Below are positions 39,999 through 49,500 of a stretch of 64,000 bases of DNA, piece after piece. Source of the stretch: a virus. The notes below the pieces were generated by a model. That model was not told the DNA's origin and searched no databases. It was given only the letters and a program-made list of their open reading frames with translations. Position 1 is the first letter of the stretch. Every line of letters begins with the position of its first letter. A program made the translations under genes and the position numbers. Where the stretch lies: IMG/VR virus record IMGVR_UViG_3300027708_000026, positions 80,908 through 144,907 of that record. The stretch is one strand, 5' to 3'.

Positions 39999-40362
39999 CT
40001 GCCCTAACTAGTTGTATTGATTTTCTTTTTATTCTTTTTTCGGCAATTTCACTGAGATTAACAGTGGGGCCAAATACCACTTCGATATCTTTGCTGCTGA
40101 ATGTTTTTATCGTATACCTAAATGCCTGCATTTCTTTTTTTAGGAAAATATTAATAGGTATTCGACGATTGCTCTCCCACCACCATATTTCACCTAATTC
40201 TAAAAAAGCCAATCGATCTTCCTCAGTTTTAACAGTGGATATATCGTAGATACTAGTGATATAGTCATCGAAATTAATGACGATTCCCACATATTCTATG
40301 TTATTTGATTTAACACAGGAGATGAAGGGATGATTTTCTTGGAAGGTATTGGGAACAGCCAT
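39979..40362 (-). CDS. Hypothetical protein (probable start MAVPN)
   Basis: EYVGIV.N and FLELGE.WWWESNR.IPINIFL; TATAAATA on the minus strand at 40398-40405. Confidence 0.6.
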   Translation of the reverse strand: MAVPNTFQENHPFISCVKSNNIEYVGIVINFDDYITSIYDISTVKTEEDRLAFLELGEIWWWESNRRIPINIFLKKEMQAFRYTIKTFSSKDIEVVFGPTVNLSEIAEKRIKRKSIQLVRAVKSTRS

Positions 40363-40379
40363 TATCAATAAATACTTGT

Positions 40380-41216
40380 ATGCAAAGTTTACCAATCTAT
40401 TTATACGAAAATATTCTGGCTGTAACATTAGATTTGGATACAACAGTCCGGGGAGTCAATCAAGTCATGTATCAACGCGATTTACAAATACAAAAGGGCA
40501 TCAAAAACGTAGTCCGAATACAGTTCAAAAACAGCAATCAAAAGCGAGTCCCGATAACAGACGCATCTGTTTTCATATTCTCCATGTTTGATGCTGTCAA
40601 CAACCGATTGCTGGTAGAAAAGCAACTCACAATCTTAGATGACGGATCTACTCTAGCTTTAAAAGGTCTCGCAGAATTGACATTGACTGAAAGCGATACC
40701 ATGGATCTACCAGTATCCAGTTATCAATTTGTGATCAAGCATCAAGATCCAACTGACGGAACTTACTTGCCAACTTACGCAGATACCTACTATGGTGTCA
40801 GTGGCAGGCTTCATTTAAAACAAGATGCTTATCCAATTTTGCAGCCCAGTCAGGAAATCGTCAGCTTCAATCGCAGCTACAACTCATCGATTGCCAAATA
40901 CGAACACTCTTCCGGTAGTGTGTATGCTTATCCAGAGTTCAATGGAAACCAAGCACTTCATACCATGGCTATCTACATGAAGAAATTTAAAGGTACGGTT
41001 TATATTCAAGGAACACTTTCTAATATTCCGGGATTCAACTATTCAACTATTAGCACCAAAGTATACAATGGATTTAGCGGAATTGATTACGTCAATTTCA
41101 ACGGAGTATACACATACGTTCGGGCATACTATGTGCCCGCAACTGCCCCAGCAGAATCTATGAACGATAATACTGCTTTCTACGGATCACTTGACAAAAT
41201 ACTGTATAGATGCTAA
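40380..41216 (+). CDS. Beta-rich probable structural protein
   Basis: KG..N...IQFKN..QK.V and F.GTV.IQGTL; TAAATA 5 nt upstream. Confidence 0.5.
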   Translation: MQSLPIYLYENILAVTLDLDTTVRGVNQVMYQRDLQIQKGIKNVVRIQFKNSNQKRVPITDASVFIFSMFDAVNNRLLVEKQLTILDDGSTLALKGLAELTLTESDTMDLPVSSYQFVIKHQDPTDGTYLPTYADTYYGVSGRLHLKQDAYPILQPSQEIVSFNRSYNSSIAKYEHSSGSVYAYPEFNGNQALHTMAIYMKKFKGTVYIQGTLSNIPGFNYSTISTKVYNGFSGIDYVNFNGVYTYVRAYYVPATAPAESMNDNTAFYGSLDKILYRC

Positions 41217-41224
41217 AATAAAGT

Positions 41225-42229
41225 GTGAACGAAATACAGTCAACACTTCAAGCATTACTGCCTTCCAAAAAGAAATCTACCCTAAGCGGTTGGGATTCTT
41301 TTAACGCACCCTGCTGTCACAATCGCGGAGAAACTCGCGACAAACATCAGCGCGGCGGTATACGCATAGAGAAGGATGGCTTCGTTTTCCATTGCTTTAA
41401 CTGCGGATTTGCTGCTGGATGGACTCCCGGTAAATTACTGAGCAAAAATACCAAAGACTTATTCAAATGGCTGGGATTGGGTGAACTTGATATAGGCAAA
41501 CTTAATTTGGCAGCACTCAAGATCAAAGATGATCAACCAGTATTCAAAAAGCCTCTAAACTTTACATTGGAAGAACGACCTTTACCAGAAGGCGCTATGC
41601 TACTCAAAGAGTGGGCATTGGCGATTTGGCGTCCTGGCCAAGATGCAGACATGGTTCAAGTGTTTGAATACCTTGTCAGTAGAGGCATGGAACTCGATTG
41701 GTATGATTGGATGTGGACTCCTGCTGCTGGATACAAGGATCGATTACTTATACCTTTCTATCACGATGGTAAAGTAGTTGGCTACACTGGTCGTAAGATA
41801 ACTGAAGGCAAGCCAAAATATCTAACAGATGCTCAATCTGGTTATGTATTCAACTTGGATCGTCAGACTAGAGACAGGGAATTTGTCATAGTAGTTGAGG
41901 GTCAGTTTGATGCCATAGCAGTTGACGGATGTGCCATAATGCACAACGATCCCAATGACACACAGGTGACTAGGCTGAATGCCATGGGCAAAGAAGTAAT
42001 AGTCGTACCGGACAAGGATCGCCCGGGTGCAAAACTTGTCGCCGCTGCCATAAAGAATAAATGGAGTGCCAGTTTGCCCCCGTGGGAAGATGACATAAAA
42101 GATGTCGCCGATGCAGTCAAACGATATGGCAGAATATACACATTAACCACGATATTGAACTACAAGGTTAGTGGCGAGATAAATTTACATCTACTTAAGA
42201 AGAAACTAGAGTCTATAACCAATGAATAA
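41225..42229 (+). CDS. DNA primase (Zn ribbon + TOPRIM)
   Basis: PCC...HCFNC, RLLIPF...VGYTGR, VVEGQFDA, PDKD, KDVADA. TTGACA-17-TAAAAT promoter at 41191-41219. Confidence 0.9.
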   Translation: MNEIQSTLQALLPSKKKSTLSGWDSFNAPCCHNRGETRDKHQRGGIRIEKDGFVFHCFNCGFAAGWTPGKLLSKNTKDLFKWLGLGELDIGKLNLAALKIKDDQPVFKKPLNFTLEERPLPEGAMLLKEWALAIWRPGQDADMVQVFEYLVSRGMELDWYDWMWTPAAGYKDRLLIPFYHDGKVVGYTGRKITEGKPKYLTDAQSGYVFNLDRQTRDREFVIVVEGQFDAIAVDGCAIMHNDPNDTQVTRLNAMGKEVIVVPDKDRPGAKLVAAAIKNKWSASLPPWEDDIKDVADAVKRYGRIYTLTTILNYKVSGEINLHLLKKKLESITNE

Positions 42230-43676
42230 AAAAGAAAAAACACCCAAGCCAAACTATGATTTGGCCATGCAAAAATTATATATCGAAATGTTTTTGTCCG
42301 ATGGAGAAACATTCATGCGCTGTCAAAATATTTTCGATCCGTTAAACTTTGATCAAAGACTACAAACAGCAGCAGAATTTATCAACAAGTATGTCGATGA
42401 CTACAAAGTCATGCCCGAGCCCAGTATCATTAATGCTGCAACTCGCAGCACCTTTGAGGGTATAGCATTGCCCAAGGAAAATTATGAATGGCTGATGGAT
42501 GAGTTTGAAAACTTCAGCAGACATAAAGGATTAGAACGAGCAATCATTGCCAGCAGCGATTTACTTGAAGCTGGCGATTATGGTCCAGTGGAAAAGCTGA
42601 TTAAAGATGCCATACAGATCAGTTTGAATAAAGACATGGGCACTGACTATTTTGCAGATCCCAGAGCTAGACTGATGGCATTGAAAGATGGCAATGGTCA
42701 GATCAGCACAGGGTGGCCTAGTGTGGATAAGAAACTATATGGCGGATTCAATCGTGGAGAGTTGAATATCTTCTGTGCAGCATCAGGTGGTGGTAAGAGT
42801 TTGTTCTTGGCCAACCTAGGTGTGAATTGGGCACTGATGGGATTGAATGTTATCTATCTAACTTTTGAATTGAGTGAGCGATTAGTGGCCATGCGTGTGG
42901 ACAGTATGACTACTGGCATTGGTACAAGGGACATTTTTAGAAATATCGATGATGTCGAACTCAAAGTAAAGACTTTGCAAAAACGCAGTGGACATCTGCA
43001 AATTAAGTATATGCCTAGTGGCAAAAATTGCAACGATATTCGAGCCTATTTAAAGGAATATCAGGTCAAATCAGGTGTGAAACCAGACGTTATTTTAATA
43101 GATTACTTGGATTTAATGATGCCTTTGTCAGTGAAGGTAAGTCCCAGCGATTTGTTTGTTAAAGACAAATATGTGTCGGAAGAGATTAGAAATTTGGCAA
43201 TGGAAACACAATGTATCACAGTGACTGCCAGTCAGTTGAATCGTAGTGCGGTTGAGGAAATTGAATTTGATCACAGTCATATTAGTGGCGGATTGAGTAA
43301 GATTATGACGGCGGATAATGTGATTGGTATTTTTACTAGTCGTGCAATGAAAGAGCGCGGACGCTATCAGATACAGTTTATGAAGACACGCTCCAGTAGC
43401 GGTGTGGGCCAAAAAGTTGATTTAGAATTCAACTTAGAAACTTTGCGAATAAGCGATTTGGATGAGGAAGAAGACGGCGGTATTAAAAAGCCCACTTCAA
43501 ATAGTGTATTGGATGGATTGAAAAGAACTAGCGTAGTTACCACAAGCACTGATAGTAACAAGTGGGAACGTGCAACTCCCAAGGAAGGGTTCGATCTTGC
43601 CAAACCTCAACCCCCAAAAACTTCAGGCCCGTCAATTAGGACCATGCTTAATAATCTACATCCCGAAAAGGATTAG
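42222..43676 (+). CDS. Replicative helicase (T4 gp41 / DnaB-like)
   Basis: SGGGKS Walker A, TFEL, IDYLDL, TASQLNR, KTR. Confidence 0.93.
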   Translation: MNKKEKTPKPNYDLAMQKLYIEMFLSDGETFMRCQNIFDPLNFDQRLQTAAEFINKYVDDYKVMPEPSIINAATRSTFEGIALPKENYEWLMDEFENFSRHKGLERAIIASSDLLEAGDYGPVEKLIKDAIQISLNKDMGTDYFADPRARLMALKDGNGQISTGWPSVDKKLYGGFNRGELNIFCAASGGGKSLFLANLGVNWALMGLNVIYLTFELSERLVAMRVDSMTTGIGTRDIFRNIDDVELKVKTLQKRSGHLQIKYMPSGKNCNDIRAYLKEYQVKSGVKPDVILIDYLDLMMPLSVKVSPSDLFVKDKYVSEEIRNLAMETQCITVTASQLNRSAVEEIEFDHSHISGGLSKIMTADNVIGIFTSRAMKERGRYQIQFMKTRSSSGVGQKVDLEFNLETLRISDLDEEEDGGIKKPTSNSVLDGLKRTSVVTTSTDSNKWERATPKEGFDLAKPQPPKTSGPSIRTMLNNLHPEKD

Positions 43677-44245
43677 AACCATTGGGTAGATTGATAGGTA
43701 GCACTGGCTTCTAAAGTCCTAAGCCACTGTTGATCACCGGGTTGATCGAAAAATGTCAACTCAATTGATGCAGGAACGATCTCCCAAGATGTTTGGCGAA
43801 TCTTAACACTGGCGGACTTCACTCCTAAAGAATGCATTAGTTCGTCGTGACTCCAACTGAGAAAGCCGGCGCAGGCTTTAAACTGTTTGGGTCCCGCGCC
43901 CTTGCTCAATGCCATCAATATTGAAATATCATTGGTCACTGCGATATCATCAGTGACTTTTGCACTGGATATTCCCATCCAATCTGTAGTATGTATGATG
44001 TGTATTTTATCTCTACCTAAATTTCCGCCGTGCCAGATAGAATCAGATCCAGGGATCATGATACCCATCTTTCGTCCAATAGCCTGTAATGTTTGCCCAA
44101 TCGCCTCTTGATTAATTTGTATTCCTATAGATAACTGATCAGTGTGGCTAATCAGTAGTATAACCTGCTGCTGAACATCATCTCGAAACATGGCAGGACT
44201 TGACGCCAATAAATTTCCAGCGAGTTTATCGTCATATGTAATCAT
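43673..44245 (-). CDS. YqgE/AlgH (DUF179) family protein (probable start MITYDD)
   Basis: G.LL.S.P.M.......VIL...H.....G..IN, GG, AG...W...EL, W....A....F......W. Confidence 0.7.
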   Translation of the reverse strand: MITYDDKLAGNLLASSPAMFRDDVQQQVILLISHTDQLSIGIQINQEAIGQTLQAIGRKMGIMIPGSDSIWHGGNLGRDKIHIIHTTDWMGISSAKVTDDIAVTNDISILMALSKGAGPKQFKACAGFLSWSHDELMHSLGVKSASVKIRQTSWEIVPASIELTFFDQPGDQQWLRTLEASATYQSTQWF

Positions 44246-44305
44246 AATAATATTTACCGACAAACAATATCTGTTAAAGATAAACGAACGATAAATATTA
44301 TTTGT

Positions 44306-44989
44306 ATGAGAATTACCGATTTTATTAGTTATAACGACAGTCTAAATCCCAAGCTATGGGACGATAGTCATTTAAAAGAACCTGTTAGGGATGCCCTTTT
44401 GCGCATTGCCGCAGACTTTAAAGAATTCATCGATGTACCTTTTGACATAGTTGATGTTGTGATAACTGGCGGAAATGCCAATTATAATTACACAGAGCAT
44501 AGCGATATAGACCTGCATCTTATCGCCGATTTTGGATCAGTTACTTGTGATCGAGAAGCTGCCGAATTATTTGATACCAAAAGACATCTTTATAAAAAAA
44601 CATACGATGTTAACATATATGGAATTCCTGTAGAACTGTATGTTGAGGACAAGGATCATCCGGCAGTAAGCAGCGGTAGTTATAGCATACTTCACGACAA
44701 ATGGATGTCTGTACCAAATCCAGATCTTCCCGACTATGACGAAGATACTGTCGAAGAAATGGCAGAAGTATGGAAGGGTGTACTAGATCATGCTATGGAT
44801 ACTGAATCGTTGGATGCATGTAGGACCGCAGTTGATCTCTTGAGGAAATATAGAAAATTGGGGCTTGGAACAGATCAAGGAGAATTTAGTGTGCCTAACC
44901 TAGTGTATAAAAGTTTGCGCAATGACCATACGCTGGGCAACATCACTGAATTCATCGATCAATTACATGATCGAGAACTCAGCATTTAA
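44306..44989 (+). CDS. Pol-beta-superfamily nucleotidyltransferase-like protein
   Basis: hhTGGNANYNY...SDIDLH motif, a third acidic strand PVELYVED, and GEFS..NLVYK.LR. Confidence 0.7.
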   Translation: MRITDFISYNDSLNPKLWDDSHLKEPVRDALLRIAADFKEFIDVPFDIVDVVITGGNANYNYTEHSDIDLHLIADFGSVTCDREAAELFDTKRHLYKKTYDVNIYGIPVELYVEDKDHPAVSSGSYSILHDKWMSVPNPDLPDYDEDTVEEMAEVWKGVLDHAMDTESLDACRTAVDLLRKYRKLGLGTDQGEFSVPNLVYKSLRNDHTLGNITEFIDQLHDRELSI

Positions 44990-45234
44990 TTACTTACATC
45001 AGAAATAACTGCGGTGGAGGTTTCTTTGTCGATGGACATGTATCCACTACACGCAAAGTTCCAATCATCATTACCCTGTCCATCTCCGGTAGTTTCATCG
45101 TTAACTGGCACTGTAATTTTGATATGTTTGAGAATATACTCGCGCCCGTTTTCAAAAACTCGCCAAACATGATCTTTAGAGCCGCGTCCTGGCTGACCGC
45201 GACTTTTGTTGAATCTAATATGGTACTTGTTCAT
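44986..45234 (-). CDS. Small hypothetical protein
   Basis: IRFNKSRG.PGRG...HVWRVFE. Confidence 0.65.
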   Translation of the reverse strand: MNKYHIRFNKSRGQPGRGSKDHVWRVFENGREYILKHIKITVPVNDETTGDGQGNDDWNFACSGYMSIDKETSTAVISDVSN

Positions 45235-45235
45235 A

Positions 45236-45997
45236 TTATACTATAATTGGGCCATTTTCAGCATTAGTGGGTGCAGCTTGCTGTTGCGGAGGAGTTTGCC
45301 CGACACCCAGTGTAAAGTGTATAAACCTAATGGGTTTGGCAGATGCATGACGACTAAACGAATGTGGTATCCATGAATTGGCAAAAAACAGTAGTCCGGG
45401 TTCCGGCGTAAAGTTGATACTGTTACTGGCATAAGTCACATTGGCCATGTTAGCCTCTGGCAGATTAATCTGCTTTTTAGCAGGTCTCGGATCGTTGATT
45501 ACGACTTTCGAACAATCGGCTGGCGTATCTAGGAAATAAAATCCCACCAACTGCGCTCCAAAACCATGAACATGTTCGTCCATGGCACTATGCCTGTGAT
45601 GTTCTTGACACCACATCTCCATAAAGAATACATTTTTATTGGTCATATCGGAACCCTGAGATTGCAATATATTCCAACCAGTCGCACCTACATAGTTTGC
45701 AAAGTCTGCTATTCTAGGATCGTTGAATAAATTTTCAGTTTGATACAATGGATAAATCGGATCTAATTTTGGCTGTTCTTTTTTTCTTTTGGTCAGCATA
45801 TCCATAGATATAGATTTGACTGTGTGTAGAAATTCAGGCTTTTTAATCGTATATATTGTGCTGGGAAAATACGAAAACACTTCTAACTGATTTTCCGGCT
45901 TAGCTTGGGGCTCCGACGAATTTCCAACAATAGTCGGGTTATCTGATAATTCGATTCCCGAGCTCCCTACAATCACAGGGTTATTTTCTGTATTCAT
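45236..45997 (-). CDS. 2OG-Fe(II) oxygenase-like protein (TIGR02466-like)
   Basis: HVH, G.YFL, DPRP, P.PG.L.F..SW..H, R..I.F. Confidence 0.75.
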   Translation of the reverse strand: MNTENNPVIVGSSGIELSDNPTIVGNSSEPQAKPENQLEVFSYFPSTIYTIKKPEFLHTVKSISMDMLTKRKKEQPKLDPIYPLYQTENLFNDPRIADFANYVGATGWNILQSQGSDMTNKNVFFMEMWCQEHHRHSAMDEHVHGFGAQLVGFYFLDTPADCSKVVINDPRPAKKQINLPEANMANVTYASNSINFTPEPGLLFFANSWIPHSFSRHASAKPIRFIHFTLGVGQTPPQQQAAPTNAENGPIIV

Positions 45998-46005
45998 ATG
46001 TTCCT

Positions 46006-46479
46006 TTAAATTATTAGATCACCGTCTTCATCTACTCGGGGCATCATAGGCCAAGCTACATTAAACGGATCACTAGTATCTAAAGAGTTTAACAAATTTG
46101 AATAAGTTTGCCAAGCATTTTGGACATCTCCGGTAGTATTTTCAATGCGATCAGTTGCAAATAATTTTAATGATTCTAACTGTTCAGCTACTGATTTTTT
46201 CCGTGCTTTTGTAGTAACTCGCTTCTCATCATCATCCATTTCCCTAACGGTCCAGGTATCTTCATATACTCCATCACTGGCTAGTTCATAAGTGCATATA
46301 GGCACTTGAAAATTGCCCACTGGCATGACATCCGGGCCAGGCTGCTGGTGTCTTCGAAATCGTGCGAGGTTGGCGGGTAGATTATTCAAATCTATCCCGG
46401 GCCAGGCTTGTAGTACATTATCCTCCAAAAGTGGATGTTGCCAGGGTTGTCCATCTTGCATTTGTATATATAAGTTCAT
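46006..46479 (-). CDS. Tail-fibre assembly / chaperone-like protein
   Basis: W..Y..LL.....DP.NV.WP C-terminus; downstream of the adhesin cluster. Confidence 0.5.
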   Translation of the reverse strand: MNLYIQMQDGQPWQHPLLEDNVLQAWPGIDLNNLPANLARFRRHQQPGPDVMPVGNFQVPICTYELASDGVYEDTWTVREMDDDEKRVTTKARKKSVAEQLESLKLFATDRIENTTGDVQNAWQTYSNLLNSLDTSDPFNVAWPMMPRVDEDGDLII

Positions 46480-46554
46480 AAATATGATCTCCTTTAATTA
46501 AGTGTATTTAATATTTCACCGGATCCTAGATAAAAGATCTAGGGTCGTTGTATT

Positions 46555-49500
46555 TTAGAGGTTGCTCGAAGGCCCTGTTAGTGTGCTTGGGAAAGTTCGT
46601 ATATTGCCCGGCCAGATGATTCGAACAGCGCCGCCGCCGGCTTGCGCAATCGTGGCCCCGCCGCCGCCTACTATGACTGCATAAGAAGTACCCGGGGATA
46701 CATTATAATTATTCAGGTATCCTAAGCCTCCACCGCCGCCACCAGAACTGGCTCGAGGCCCGTTGGAGCCGCTGCCCCCGCCATAAGCGCCACCCAATCT
46801 GTCGCTGTCCGATGCAGTGGCACCACCTGATCCGCCGCCGCCACCACTGCCAGTACCAGAATAGCTAGAAGTTCCGCCAGCACCGGAACTGCCCTGACCG
46901 TAAACACCAACGCCGCCGCCACCGCCGTGATTGAGCGTATATTTAAAGCCACCACCACCACCAGCTCCACCAGTTCCAGCTGCACCATCAGCAGCATATA
47001 CACCAGAACTATTTGATCCAGTACCACCAGCACCACCGGCGCCGCTATATCCACCAGCGCCACCACCACCACCAGAGCCAGCGCTATTGTTGCCACTACC
47101 ACCGGCACCACCATATCCGCCACCGGTACCTGCATAGTCGCCACCAGCCCCACCGGCGTAACAATATACATATCCAGTACCTCTTCCACCGCCACCACCT
47201 CTAACAAGACTGGAGTTAATAAAGTAACTTTGGGAGCCGCCGGCACCCTGCGTACATCCGGCTGCATCGCCTCCGCCACCACCAACTGCTACTACACTGA
47301 CTGATGTGACATTTGCTGGTGCGATCCAAGAGAATGTGCCAGGAGTAGTATACAAATTCTCCCCGCTAGCAACTAGGGTTGTAACCTGTGTAGTTATACT
47401 GGCAGTACTAATACCGTAGACACTATTAGCATAAACAGATACTGTATATGTAGTTCGGGGAGTTAATCCCAATATTAGTATAATTCCAACCGATGCGGTA
47501 GTTGCACTGATACTAGTGGTGCCAGTCGTTGCCACTGCTGTGTAACTGGTTATAGGAGTAATATAATAAGACGATGGAGGTGCTGTAAAGTTTACAGTAA
47601 TACCCGTGCCGCTAGAAGCCACTGCTGAACTTAGTATAGGTGCTCCTGGTACATATGTGTTACTTATTGTTAATGCGTCAGTATCGTAACCCTGGGCCAC
47701 ATTGGTACTTGGGAATGACCTAACCTGACCGGGCCATACAACACGAACTGCGCCCTTACCACCCGCTGTATTAGTATTGGCACCACCGGCACCTACAACT
47801 ACTGTATAAGAATCTCCTGCTGTGACTGATACGTTGTTTACATAGGCCAACGCGCCGCCGCCACCGCCTGGCATAGATCCGCCACTTATAAAGGATGCAC
47901 CGCCACCTCCCCCAAAGAATCCGCCAAATCCGCCTACATTTGAAACAAATCCATTACCATATCCCCCTATGGTGCCGTTACTTCCGCCAGTACCTGGTCC
48001 GGCAGATGCAACGCCACCAGTGCCGTTACCGCATTTCCCAAACAGTCCGACACCCCCGCCACCCCCGCCTACACCAGGCTGGCCGCGTCCACCACCACCA
48101 CCACCGCCAGTGGAAGCAGCTCCGTCATTACCTGCGCCACCACCACCTGCGCCGCCAGCAGCAGTATATCCACCTGCGCCACCGCCACCGCCACTCTGGC
48201 CGGAACAACCTGCGCCACCGCCACCGCCACCAGAAAACCCCGTACCAGCAATGACTGATCCGCCAGTTTGTCCAGAACCGCCGCCGGCTGATACGTGTAC
48301 AGTATTTGGCAATGCTGCCATCGTAAAACTACTGGCCCCGCCGTTGTTATTATTCCCATCTAATCCGCGCCCTGAACTTCCACCGCCAACGCTTATTACA
48401 CTGACTGCGGTAACATTTGCAGGTACAACCAAAGTATATGTTCCGGGAATCGTATATGCTATACTTGAGCTGGCCACATATGTAGTAGTCGATATACTGT
48501 TGCTGGATGTGCTATTGCCATATACACTAGTAGCATAAACAGATACCGTGTAATTAGTGAGTGGAGTTAATCCCGATATCAATACAGTTCCAGATGATGC
48601 GGTAGTTGTAGTGATACTAGTAGTTCCAGCGGTTGCTACTGCTGTATAACTGGTTATAGGGGTGATATAATAAGGTGATCCTGCTGAGAAATTAATCAAG
48701 ATCGATGTACCATTGGATGCCACTGCTGAATTTAATGTAGGCGGCCTTGGCACATATGTGCTACTTACTGTTAATGCGTCAGTATCGTAACCCTGGGCCA
48801 CATTGGTACTTGGGAATGATCTAAATTGTCCAGGCCATACTATGCGAACTCCTCCGTTACCGCCAGCATGGTCAGGGACTGTGCCGCCAACACCGACAAC
48901 CACTGTATAGGATGCCCCGGGTGTGACTGATATATTATTTGCATAAGCAAGACCGCCACCACCGCCAGCGGCTGCATTATTACCGGGTACATATGACCCG
49001 CCACCGCCACCGCCAAATAATCCACCAAAACCTCCGGTGCCGCTACCAGTGAGATTAAAGTTAGCATATCCGCCAGTAACTCCACAACTTCCGCCTGTAC
49101 CTGGACTTGGTGGCGTGGGCGAATAGACACCGCCCGCGCCGTTACCGCATTTTCCAAAAAGTCCGACACCTCCGCCGCCGCCGCCACCAGAATTTGCACT
49201 AGTAAGGCCACCGCCACCTCCACCACCGCCACCGCCGGTAGAAGCAGCTCCATTAGCACCATGTGCGCCGCCAGTGCCGCCAGCTGCTGTATATCCACCT
49301 GCACCGCCACCACCGCCTTGTTGGGCCGACGACGCCGCTGCCCCGCCAGCGCCGCCAGCAAATCCTGTACCTGCAATGACTGACCCCCCCGTTACTCCAG
49401 AACCACCACTAGCTGATACATGTACTGTATTTGGCAATGCCACCATTGTGAAACTGCTGGCCCCGCCGAGAGCAGTATTATTGCACCTAGACGTGCCCGA

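Noticed and set aside
46522-46546. Inverted repeat after the 1836-aa gene as a terminator
   Set aside because: The stem is mismatched on the coding strand and has no U-tract, so support is weak.
28-48819. Diversity-generating retroelement (TR/VR pairs) among the fibre repeats
   Set aside because: No reverse transcriptase in the window; the repeat differences inspected are mostly synonymous and not adenine-specific.
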